A stretch of 55,096 bases of DNA, the filler included, from Sphacelaria rigidula (lineage: Eukaryota), in NCBI GenBank assembly GCA_964200075.2. It is 4 parts of 4 records of this genome, joined end to end, with 100 filler letters (N's around TTAATTAATTAA, not from the genome) between each part and the next. Parts side by side here need not be neighbours in the genome. Positions count along the whole stretch, not along the records: positions 27,603 to 41,300 come from CAXNAA020002714.1; positions 41,401 to 55,096 come from CAXNAA020002715.1; 2 more parts are not named here. One strand, 5' to 3'. Every line of letters begins with the position of its first letter. Positions within the stretch are counted from its first letter, which is position 1. Shown here one piece after another: positions 35,966 through 47,015 of the stretch. A program made the translations under genes and the position numbers. The notes under the pieces are model-generated. The model did not search any database and had not been told where the DNA came from. It worked only from the letters and a program-made list of their open reading frames with translations.

Positions 35966-36880
35966 GTGGCATGGCTCTGCCGGTGACCAATCTTCTACGA
36001 AAAAAATCCTGACTGTATGAAAGTCATATTTACAGTGTACTACCGCGCGATTCCACCCTTCCGCCCTCCGCGCTATGGGCGTATCATGAACCATCAGGTG
36101 ACAACGGGCCGCTTTGCTCGACACATTCGACACTCGTGCAACCACGCAGATAATGATATAAACCGACAAACACGCGGGTACCGACAGCTTTCATATCTCA
36201 AATATTGATACTGGTAAGCATTAATGGACCCTTGAGGAAGTTCAGTCGGAATCACGAGATAGATAGACGTACTCAGGGTGAACAAAACGGAGAGACATGG
36301 TCGGGGGCAAGTCGAGAAAGGGGACACGCCGTACATAGAGAAGCCAATATGGAACACGGAGTGAATTGGAATGAAGAGAAGATGCGAGAAAATGGGGACA
36401 AACGCCAAGATGGGCCTACTATAGTAGTACCGGCTACGATGTAAAATTCAATTGGGGATGGCGGACATTAACCGCGTGGCTTTGGTGGAGGAGACCATGA
36501 AAACAAGTCGAAACAAAAAAACGAGAAAAACGGAGGCAGCGGGCAACCTAAATATTTGGGAAACTCACAAACACCTAGGCTTGATGTTTCTCATCCATGT
36601 TCAGATTGACACAGTTCGGCAACACGATTTACCTACCCAAAAGAGTGAAGAAACCAACGTCTACAGTGCACAACACGGCCCAGAACGAGTCCTTGCAACA
36701 CCCAAACGAACGTGTCTCAAACAGTACCCCTCTCAACATCAAACTTCGCCCAGGGAAAATAAAACCAACACTGACGACAAACAAATAAGGAAGCCCGAGC
36801 AAGAGCCAAGACGACAAGCCCAATCATTTCTGATACTTTCATTCGCTCATCACCTGCTCGGTGTTGGCCAAAATCGTGTC

Positions 36881-39800
36881 CTACTCGGCGGCACTCTGTA
36901 GTTCTCGCTTGAGTCCGGCTGCAGTCTCCATGAACTCTTCCACTGCGATCCTGCACAATACAGTAATGGTATATTTCCACAAGGGCGAGAGGTCACGAGT
37001 TCGAATCCCGACCGATGCACTCTATTTTTGCAGAATCTGGTTGGGTCGTTGAGGTCATGTAATATTGTGCAGGCGGTACGTGGTGCATTTCCCCCCCTCT
37101 TTTCTTAACGGCAAAGCGTGCTTCAGCATGTTGGTCCGCACTTTCACGGCGATATACTGAATACTCACGTCAGGCTATTTCAGGAAACTGAAAACAAATT
37201 ATCTTGCTAGAGACATATGAGATTTCACGCTGGCCCAGATCGTAGTGGCCATTCGTTTCCAGGGAAGGACGGTTTCATGGTGTGCTTCCGACGTGAAAAG
37301 ATCTGACACATAGTAGTACTGTAGTGAAGGTAAGCTGTTTGGTGCCAACGACACGTACACGTCAATAGATTCAACATGTGCAGGGATAAAAAATTTCACA
37401 GTACCTGATGGGAAGATGGCGGGTGATGATATAGTGTTCATTTTGCATCCGTTCAATATTTTCCCTGCAAACCATTTGTAGAATGTGTGCACGACGATGG
37501 TTATCCAAGACCGGGCAACGAACGCTGATCCCGTCAGGCTTGGCGTGATCGCTGTTTGCTCTTGTGTGTTCCAATCGTGTACTGTATGCACGTTCACGTA
37601 CTATACCATGACACAACATGCATCCAGATTTCAGACAGACGGAACCGTCATGACTGACCGTAATCCCTCGCTGACGTGACATTCATGACATGGAGGACTA
37701 CGCAAGTGAAGGCTGGCGCGCGGCATCACATCGCCGCATAGGACAGCCAACCGACTCTACTCTTCTTTTAGTGCGCATCGATTGGCATGTTCCTCTCAGA
37801 ACAAGGCAACGTTAAAGGCAGGTAGGGGTAGGATAACCCGGGGGAAACGGGAAATCACCTCAGAAAACGATACTTTCCCCAATACCCCAGGCTTGGCCTA
37901 CCGTCCTCCCGTGCCCGCCCAAAAAACAAAACTTCCGTCGACACCCAGCAATGCCGACAGCACACAATTGGGCACAGCATGACGAATTTGCGGCACTGTG
38001 TATATGCGCCGAGCGGACTGCTGCCGTATACACCGTACAAAACGCCTTCATGAACATGTTGACGGTGCATGTGCACTATATGTTGGAATTCAAAAAATAA
38101 AAGTTCCGGATATACATACTCGAGATAAGCGGTAAAACCAGTAACGGTTCATCGTTAGAACAAAGATCGTAGTAATAACCGAAGAAGTGAAATATTCATC
38201 GTACTGTGCTTTATCCCGCAACGATATGGTAGCACGCACATGTGGTCCACGCATCCAGCCGAGAGACACGGTTCACTAACCTCAGTTGTTCGTTCTCCTC
38301 CTTTAGCTTGGCCTCACGCTCTTCGGCAGCGATGAGCGACATCAAGCTTCCGTTGAACTAATACCCGTCAGGTCAGTTGGTATACCGAGCAAAACAGGCG
38401 AATGACAGGACAAAAACACACGAGCCCGAGACGAGGTTCAACACAAGGACGGGGAGCACGGAAAGCTTTCACGACAAGCACGTCTTCCGCACATCTTTAG
38501 TCCAAGATTGCTATATTGGAATATGTAAAAAACGCGGCGGAAGAGCTCGCGGCATTAAGGTCCACGAGTTGCAGGTCGCTGTCATCGGTGGGTGTGGACC
38601 TCCCCCGTCGCACCTGCCGTACACTTCGATACACCGCAGTGTACACGCTACTGCACCAACGCTGATACTAGGACTACTAAACAAGCGCAATGGACGTTCA
38701 CGCCAAACACAAGACACTGTGTAAATGGTATTGGACTCCAATCATCGACAATAAAGGATCAACCGGGTGATGTATGCATTTCGTTTGAGAAGCTTCCCAA
38801 GTCTTCGCAGGGTCTGTGGATATTCATCACCATCATGCGACAATCTCCACAGGCACCCCCCACGAGGACGCACATCACTCACACACCCGTTCAACACTCC
38901 TCCGACTGCAAAACAAAAACAAAGCAATCGAAAACAACAACGACGAAAGGCACACACCACGGCAATTCAATCACACTAATGTATCAGATATCTCTAGGTG
39001 CCACTCGTCATCCCCTCCCAAATACTACACCTGCTTCTTTATCATGGAAAAAAAGGACAGCTCATATGCGCATGCTCACCTGCGCCACAGACTTGTCCAC
39101 CCGTCCTGCAACCTCGCTCGTCATCTTATTCTGTTGCGTCACAGCCGACTGCAGGTTTTCCATCTGGTAACGTCTAGCCTCCAATTCCCTCTCAAGTGTC
39201 GCTGCCATCTCAGCCCTCGCCACTTCAACCTGCTCGCGTAACAGGATGTGCTGCTTGGTAGAGGCGGCGGCGGCGGCGTCCTCGAGCGCACGCTCCTTGT
39301 CGGCAGCCTGGCGCAACTCCTCCTGCATAGTCTGATGAGCATAATGCATGGTGATGTGTACATCAGTGACCATGTGATGTCGTCGTACCAAGGTGGGGGG
39401 ATCTTATCGCTGTGTTATCGACGGCTGCAAGAGGTTCTCACGACATGACGGTATTTTTCGCACAATGTTCAAGACAAAATTGAATAAAACGTGAGGGCGA
39501 TGTCTCCACGTGTGTGCCTGCCGTGACAGGCTGGAATCGTGTCGACGCAACGAACAAAAATAGGACACACGAATACATAAATCGCATGAAGACAATCATT
39601 TCATCTCGCCATGTATGTCTTGACACCTTCAAAGCACATTACTTTTCGACAGACAGCTTGAGGCGATTTCAAACAACACACCCCAACGGTAACAATAACA
39701 ATAATATCAAGGTTTGACTGACCCCATCACTTCATCAGTCATCGCGATCTCGCCTCGCATCGGCAGTCGATCCTAGAACGGAAACAGCCCAGCGACAAAT

Positions 39801-40381
39801 CTCGCTAGAAACGCACTCGTCGACAGCACCGGTGCCGTTCTCTCAACGATCCGACAGGGAGCACCACGGCATAGCAACAGACAAATACATGGTGAATAAC
39901 GCCTGTCAATGCGTAGCTAGAACTTGCTCCTCCCATCTAGTCCCGTTTGTTTACTTACTGTTACGGTTCACGGCACTACACATCGCTTCATCCGCACGAT
40001 CAACGGGCTTGGAGGTTATTGGACCAACAGCCACGAGAACGAACATACCCCTTACCCGTCCCTCTTCTTCCCTCACCCCCTTCGAACAATATCAACAGGT
40101 GGACGCCAGGTAATCTCCTGCCTGTCCGTCACCTGTCGAAGCTCCGGCTAGCTCACCTCAACTGCCTGTTCCATCTCCTTCACCCTCTCCGCGGAAGCTG
40201 CCAGCTTCGCCGAATCGTCCTTGTGCTCGCGGACCTCCTCGTAATAGTGAGAGGCGCAATCGTCGATTTCGTCGTGGAGGAAGGCGATATCCTTTGCCTG
40301 CTTGGCAGCAGTCTCCACGTGTTTGGTGTTTGCCTGCTCCTGCTCGCGCACTTCTTGGTGTAGAAAGTCGAAAACTGTCAT
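36881..40381 (-). CDS. Spliced gene or pseudogene for an E/A/K/Q-rich coiled-coil protein of about 204 aa; coding exons 40381-40157, 39322-39080, 38357-38281, 36950-36881
   Basis: ATG at 40381; GT-AG introns (donors GTGAGC, GTGAGC, GTTAGT; acceptors TGCAG, TTAG, TGCAG) with compatible phases 0, 0, 2; product MTVFDFLHQEVREQEQ...EQAVE|EELRQAADKERALED...KSVAQ|FNGSLMSLIAAEEREAKLKEENEQLR|IAVEEFMETAAGLKRELQSAAE*. No family recognised. Confidence 0.72.
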
Positions 40382-40551
40382 CTTCTGGCTCGTCTGGACA
40401 TCGGCACGGAAGCGGCACAAGGGGCGGCGGGTGAAGAGTGTTGGAAGCAGCCTGGGACGTGGCGCGCAGGCATCACGATACACCGAGGAAGATACGCACG
40501 GGCTTCTTTCTCCCACTACTGTAGTTCAGGCGAAAGAGCGTGTCTCGGGGG

Positions 40552-40557
40552 TATATA
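40552..40557 (-). promoter_or_regulatory. Candidate TATA box of the coiled-coil gene, upstream of a putative 5'-UTR intron (40499-40394, GTGCGT...TCCAG)
   Basis: TATATA about 50 nt upstream of a GTGCGT donor; pyrimidine-rich acceptor 12 nt before the ATG. Confidence 0.4.
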
Positions 40558-41300
40558 GAGCACGGAAGCGAATAGGAAGCAGCACAAAAAGGGTCGTTAT
40601 TAACGTGACTTCTCGTCAGCCGCTTTAGATTTTCTCGGATTTTTTTCCCAACTGTTCAAAAACGTGAATGGGGAAGAAATAACAAGCTAAATATCCGAGC
40701 AGTAGTCTATGTATAATCAGTCTTGAATTGTTCTATTCCTTGACCTGGTTGAGAAATCTGCCATCACACTTTTCGAGGAAGCTTTTTTGCCGCGAAAAAC
40801 TCGAGAAGTCTGAAGATGAAAAACAGCCCCTTTAACAACGATCCCAAGTGACAGGATCCCCGCACTTGCTCCAATACCCTGTAGAGTGCCGCGTCCTCTG
40901 TTGAGCCACCCGCACACCATTGAAACCTTTGAAGCTGAACCTACGGTCAAAATTGACAGCGTCGTCCCCAAACATGTCGAGGGAAAAAAAAAGGATCAGC
41001 CGTATCAATAGACGCTGACATCAGAGTGTGCACTAGCAGCGCATCGGGTACGAGAGAGCAGTGAGTTACGGTATGCTTCCAACAAAACAAGACAGAAAAA
41101 CAACACGAGCGTGCCAATATGCTAGGTAACGGGACCAAAGTTGCCCAGAATCGCCGACGCCCCTCAAGCTGACTTTATCGCTCGAGCTTCTGACAATTGG
41201 TACCTGAGATAGTGAGTAGAGATTCGGATCGAAAAATCAAAGGCTTTCAAAGGTCGGACAAATAATGATTCGTCTGAAAATTACTTGGTTTTAGTATAAT

Positions 41301-41400
41301 NNNNNNNNNNNNNNNNNNNNNNNNNNNNNNNNNNNNNNNNNNNNTTAATTAATTAANNNNNNNNNNNNNNNNNNNNNNNNNNNNNNNNNNNNNNNNNNNN
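41301..41400. other. Artificial contig spacer N44-TTAATTAATTAA-N44
   Basis: Identical 100-bp spacer. Confidence 0.98.
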
Positions 41401-41795
41401 CTAAGATTGTTCGACCCGAAGCCTACTGATTATCTTGCATTTGGATGACAGCCTACAACGAGTTGCATTATTATCTGGTATCATCACATCCAAAGACAGC
41501 CACGGCTTTTACACTGCCTCATGGGTGTCTAACCAAGCGGGGAGGGGGGGGGTGCATACTCAAGATCTTGCACGCCGTAGGACCATTAACCTCGCACCCC
41601 TACAAAGCCAGGACGGAGAACGCCGGATTTTCGCTTGAAGCTCGAAATCAACCACCAAGGGCGAAGCGCCGTGATATCTCAGGTGACGATGTCCAATGAG
41701 TTGCTTCGTTTTGTGGTATCGCCACTCCAATGGACAACCACGGGTTACACTGCCTCATGGGTGTATCATCATCGGGGGCGGGGAAGGGGGTGTCC
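41401..41795 (+). repeat. Repeat with A-B-A' tandem organisation, shared with 35640-35965
   Basis: TTACACTGCCTCATGGGTGT followed by a G-rich run occurs twice (about 41510 and about 41745). Confidence 0.75.
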
Positions 41796-42428
41796 ACTAC
41801 AAACATGAAAACATCAGGGCTGTGAATCATTGCCGATATTATCGGTAATATCGGTATATCGTGTCGGTAAATGACAGCAGTGTGTGCCGTTTTGCCGTTA
41901 CCGGCTATCAAGCAATCCCCCTATATACGGTCATGATCCAACGAATTGTGACCGAGGCAAGACGTATTCAACCCCAGGTTCTTCCTATATAGTCATAACA
42001 GACGACTCCTACCTCACGTAAGTAGTGACAGTGCTGGAACGGCGAGCCGACGTCTACAATCACGAGTTTGAGAGATTGGGCTAATGCGCGGAAAAAATAT
42101 CAAAAACAATATATCAAGGCAAGCGGCGCTGACCTGTGATGGTGAAGGTTCCCGTGTTGTACATCCTCTTGCACCCCCCGCACACCGGCAGAGCTATGGT
42201 TGGATGCGGGTGCTTCTCCAGCATCGTTATCGTGAAGCTGCGGCAGACGAACGAACAGCCCGTGCCGCACATACATCGAGGAAACGATAGAGAAGATTAA
42301 ACAGGGTATCACGCATTGCTGGAGAATGGCAGTGCAGAACACTACACCTCGTTGTCTATTTCTTAATATGACGGATGGCACTGGTTGGTGCAGTTCAATA
42401 CCGATTTCTCCTACTATAGATACTGTCC

Positions 42429-42735
42429 GCCGCGACCCGGTGGTGTAATGGTCCGACTGTCGCCAGTAGGGTGGAGAAATAGGGTTCGATTCCCGATGCG
42501 TTGGGTTTTTCCTTCGTACTACATGATTTCCACCGTGGAGACTGTGAGAACGTGAGTTGACAGAGTAGTCGACTGAGTTTGTTTCACGTGAGTTGACGCG
42601 GTGCGGGAGTGCTGACCCAATCCGCGAGACCGAAATGAAAGGCGTGTACCGGGGAGAAATGGGATGATCCCTTGAGACCACGTACTCGTCCCGAGGAAGG
42701 GGAGGGGTTCAAAATGCGAAAAAAAAAAAAGAAGA
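42429..42735 (+). mobile_element. tRNA-derived SINE family 2, full length with poly(A) tail
   Basis: A box TGGTGTAATGG, B box GGTTCGATTCC, body AGTAGTCGACTGAGTTT...GACGCGGTGCGGGAGTGCTGA, ends GGGGAGGGGTTCAAAATGCG plus poly(A). Confidence 0.9.
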
Positions 42736-43130
42736 TACATTTGTGTATCAAGTTAGACTCGCTTCTAGCTGTTACGGTCCGCCGTACCGGTTGATCGGTC
42801 CGCTTTACCGTTGCAGTGGACATCGTTAGTAAGAGCATCTTGAACACAAGCTGCCGTGTAAGCTGCTGTGCTTCGCTGACGTGTTAGAATAGTACATATG
42901 GAGGCTGAGTATTTCCTGCCCGTACTTTCCACCGGGTGCTATCGCTCGGATGCAGTTGAGGCATGGATTGATATTGATTGTCGTACATTGAGTCATCTTC
43001 TAGGGAGCCAGCCGTGGCCATTATCCAAAGATGAGATGTGCCAAAGGTGAGCAAAACGGAGCACTCGGTGATACACTTATTTCCGTCTGTACATTAAACA
43101 CCGATGAATCACATCGTCTGCAATACAGGA

Positions 43131-43507
43131 TGTGTGTGTGTGTGTGTGTGTGTGTTGCCATCGCATCTACTCTGGACGTCAGTCTACACCGTTCTGTATA
43201 TGTGAGCGCATCAGCCGGGGTCACAAAGGAGGAAGGTCAACACAGGAGCTTTTCCTTTTTCATTTGTTTGAGCTCTCCACCTTCCTTTTGCGTGGCTTGC
43301 CTTCTATTTAGAGCGAGAAGGGTTCAGCAGTCCCTTCCCTTATCGGCCGTAACGTCGAATTTTGTGTACCCACGACATAGTCGCTCCCAACTGTTGGACA
43401 TGGTGTGAGAAAAAATCCGGGATCGCGTGGCTGCACCGAGATTCGAACCCACGACCCAAGCGTCAAATTGATTCGTGGTCACCGACTGAGCCGCTGGAGC
43501 GACCGGT
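43131..43507 (-). mobile_element. SINE family 1, full length with (CA)n tail
   Basis: Minus strand ACCGGTCGCTCCAGCGGCTCAGTCGG...GGGTTCGAATCTCGG; full body; (TG)n at 43131-43155. Confidence 0.9.
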
Positions 43508-43635
43508 ATAATATAATACCGCATGTACGATACAATGGCAACGCTTGAAACTGTTGAAGTACCTGACAACTCCGTTTTTATGGTTTCAGACTGTATCTGC
43601 ATGGTCGTATTGAAAAAAACAAAAACATCCGCGGG

Positions 43636-43827
43636 CAGGTCGAGTAGGGCATACCCAATTACGGGGTGTTTTGCAAGTCGTACTTCAAGTACTCAAATTG
43701 GGGTACGGTGTAAGGGGTCGCTTTCCAGTTATTTTGTGGGTACCCCTTTCAACACCCTACCCCAATTTGAGTACTTGAAGTACGACTTTCAGAATATCCC
43801 GTAATTGAGTATACCCCACTTGTCCTG
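43636..43827. mobile_element. 192-bp MITE-like hairpin with CAGG...CCTG ends
   Basis: Arms of about 80 bp including a perfect 30-bp inverted core AAGTCGTACTTCAAGTACTCAAATTGGGTA; no TSD seen. Confidence 0.8.
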
Positions 43828-45744
43828 CACTTGAAAACATCACAAGGTGTGACCAGCCAATCAAAATGCACCTTCTCTTGTGCGGGTGCAGTGCTATTAT
43901 GCTTCCAAGGATGTAGATCAGGTAATACCACAGACTGAGAACATCACTGATTGACTTCCTTGATTTGGCAGTAGCACAAGAGCTGATCCACATCATCCCG
44001 ACGTAGTCAAGACAGAGGCATATGCGAGGTGATATGATCGGAAAACTCGCGGAAGGGAATTTCCCCCAAAAAACTCAAGGTAGGAGAAATATGAAGGGGA
44101 GAAAAAACAGAGAAACCCGCAAAAAAATAAATCCGGGTGAAAATCTAATGCAGGTCTCGAGAACAAAGCAAGACAAAAACGGTCGGCCTTGGTCGCCGGG
44201 ATTAACATAAGGATAAGGAGGTGATAAGGAGGTCGTGCAAGAACAACAATTTCTCATTCCGTCATCATTAATTTTTCGTGCCTACTACTATACAGGTCGT
44301 ACTCCGCAATATTCTAGGAGAATATATATTTCGTACATTAATGGTGATGTCGATATCGTGATTAATCAATATCATCCTCAGGCGCATTCCACATATATAA
44401 CTTGATGCATCAAATGTCACCATCTCCTGTGTTATCCTAGGAGGTAAGACGTGCACACACAGTAAGCACACGGGGAACGGTGTGATGTGATGCATGATAG
44501 CTGGACATATCGATACGTCTTGATAACCAACACGCACCCCTTACCCATGATTGATCGATTGTCACACATGAGCATACACTTATTCCCTAGAAATCCAGCC
44601 CTGGTCATCAATGCCATTAGATGGATAATTAGATACAAGATACATGTATCCAAGGTAACGTGAAAATGGGAACACTCGCTAAAGGGAGCTCGATAAATAA
44701 TCCACATACAGTGGCGCAACTCGTAATACGACGACACCCAACAAGGCGCCCAAGTAATGCATCCCCAGCATGCTCATGGGACAGAAAAACGAATGCCCAA
44801 GAATAATCGTATCGCACATCTCGCCGCAGGCGAAGCACATGCCCCGTTTCTTCTTTGCCAGATCCAGATGCTTCGCTTTTTCCTCCTCCTCTCGCTTCTG
44901 CATATGGCAGCACAATTGTGTCGGTAGCCGGCACGTGACGCGTGCAATAGCGGGTCGTCAGAGTCCAACACAGGCGCAGACAGATGCGTGCAGTCAGTAC
45001 GAATTACGCGAGTTCTGTGATGAAGGATACACGATCGACATATTTACTTGATGGTACCAGTGCAGAACCATCATATTCGGATTTTTACAGGGCCGACAGA
45101 CCCGAGTGCTTCTGTCGTGCGCCGCACGCCTTCTTGCTCTCCGTATACGCATCCCTTGTCCAAGACTTCTCCGTACGCCATGGGTTGGGGTCACGATTAG
45201 AGTTAGAGTTAGGGCTAGGGTTGGGGTTTGGGTCAAACCTAGAATGTGTCAAATTTTGGTCATGTGACGACGAACTCGAGCAAACTCACCTTTGCACAGC
45301 CGTTACTTTCAGCAATGCCATATGGCCGCCGTCAGCTAAAATGTTTCTCTTTTCAAACACCCTAGACCTACGCATCTACGGTGCGGGACATGACGATCAT
45401 CATCGCGCGCATATAACTCATCACGGTGGTACACGATGACATACGATCGTACAATAGCAACCACACCACGTAAACGTTCTCCCCCCCCGCCCCCCCCTCG
45501 AAGCTTGGGCTAGGCGTAGGTGAGAAACTCATGACGTGCGTAAAAATCCATGCATTGAATGTCCAAGAATTCGGTCGACACGCCATATGGTTTGGAACCC
45601 GGGATGTCGACTCTACTCCATATATACTGTAGTCACCATACCAACTGCGAACACCCGCCACCTCCCACAAAGCATCTCCCCAAACTTCAAGACTTCGCGT
45701 TCTGCCGTTTTGTCACTCAATCTCTCCTCATTTCAATGGTATAA

Positions 45745-46030
45745 TATACTCTGTTTTCTTGTCTTGTCACGCGTTCAATCCTTCCCCTCTTCGTCGAGAC
45801 AGGTACGTCGTCTCAGAACATCTCTCCCCCGGTGCGGTACCCATCTCACGGTAGGGTATCGAGGATTGGATCGTGACAACTTCCACACTTCCTAGACTTT
45901 ATCGAGTATGACTATTGCTGCCAACTCCGGGTCTCATGCTTCCGGGCAACAAAAATCATGAAAGAGACTCCGTTGGTGGGATTCGAACACCTACACGCAA
46001 CACCCGCCCAAACTACCGTTGATACACCTG
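45745..46030 (-). mobile_element. Diverged SINE family 2 copy
   Basis: TTCAATCCTTCCCCTCTTCGTCGAGAC and GAGGATTGGATCGTGAC resemble 24905-25010; B box GTTCGAATCCC on the minus strand near 45978-45988. Confidence 0.55.
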
Positions 46031-46661
46031 CTTCATCGCCGGCGTGCGGCGGTCCAAGCCCCACGACTGGAAAATACTCTTCAGACCCGGCAAGCACGCA
46101 CGGTGGATCAAGGACAAAAATATATTACACAGAGAAGCCACATAACTACATAAACGCAAAACTGCATTGCACCGTACCTGTACTGCTGTGAGAGGCGCCG
46201 CTGGAGGCGAGGTGCTATCGGCAGCGCCACCGGTATCTTTTGCGCCGCCATCCACCGTTCGTTGCTCTTCTGATTCCCTGAACGACGTGCATCGAGCAAG
46301 CAACACATGGGAACAGATTGGGTGCGAGGGTGCGAGAGAAATGAATGAGGAAGTGGGGGAGCGGTTCAAAGCTTCATCCGCACATTGAAGTGGTGGTGAT
46401 GGTTCATACCTCATGGGGGTATTTGGGAACATCTTCCTATTGTTTTAATTCGATCACAAGAAGGGGCCCTATGAAGTGCAGGCCGCGACCAAATCCCCTT
46501 GGAAGCTCTGGAGAATGACGAAGACTTTCAAGTGGATGACAGAAATAATTCCCCCCTATTTCTCCACCAGTGTACCCGATTGAACGACGCCTTCACCAGC
46601 CCAGGTATCTCCGTTCGGCCGTGGACTTTTGATCTCTGGATTATGACTTTTTAGCCGCACG

Positions 46662-47015
46662 GTGTATGTGTGTTGTCGTCTCATCTATTCTGGACGCCGG
46701 TCTACATTTTTCGGTATATGTGGGCGCACCAGGCGGGGTCACACAGGAGGAAGGTCAACACAGAAACTTTTTCTTTTTTATTTGTTCTTGGTACCCCACC
46801 TCCCTTCTGCGGTGCTTGTCTTTATTCGTTATCGCGAGAGGAGTTCAGCAGTCCCTTTCCCTCGTCGAAGTCGAACTTTGTGTACCCACGACATGGTCGC
46901 TCTCCACTGTTGGGCATGGCGTGAGGAAAAATCCCAGATCGCTCCGAGAATTGAACCCACGACCCAACCGTCAGAAGGTGTTGAGGTTACCAACTGAGCC
47001 ACAGGGGCGACCGGT
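46662..47015 (-). mobile_element. SINE family 1, full length
   Basis: Minus strand ACCGGTCGCCCCTGTGGCTCAGTTGG...GGGTTCAATTCTC; full body and CA-rich tail. Confidence 0.9.

Noticed and set aside
36955..37030. B-box-like GAGTTCGAATCCC (and GGGTTAGATTCCC near 33091)
   Set aside because: No convincing A box, cloverleaf or SINE body; at most decayed Pol III heads.
45182..45235. True telomere or chromosome-end signal
   Set aside because: The TTAGGG-like tracts are short, degenerate and internal, and are mostly explained by the dispersed telo-MITE family.
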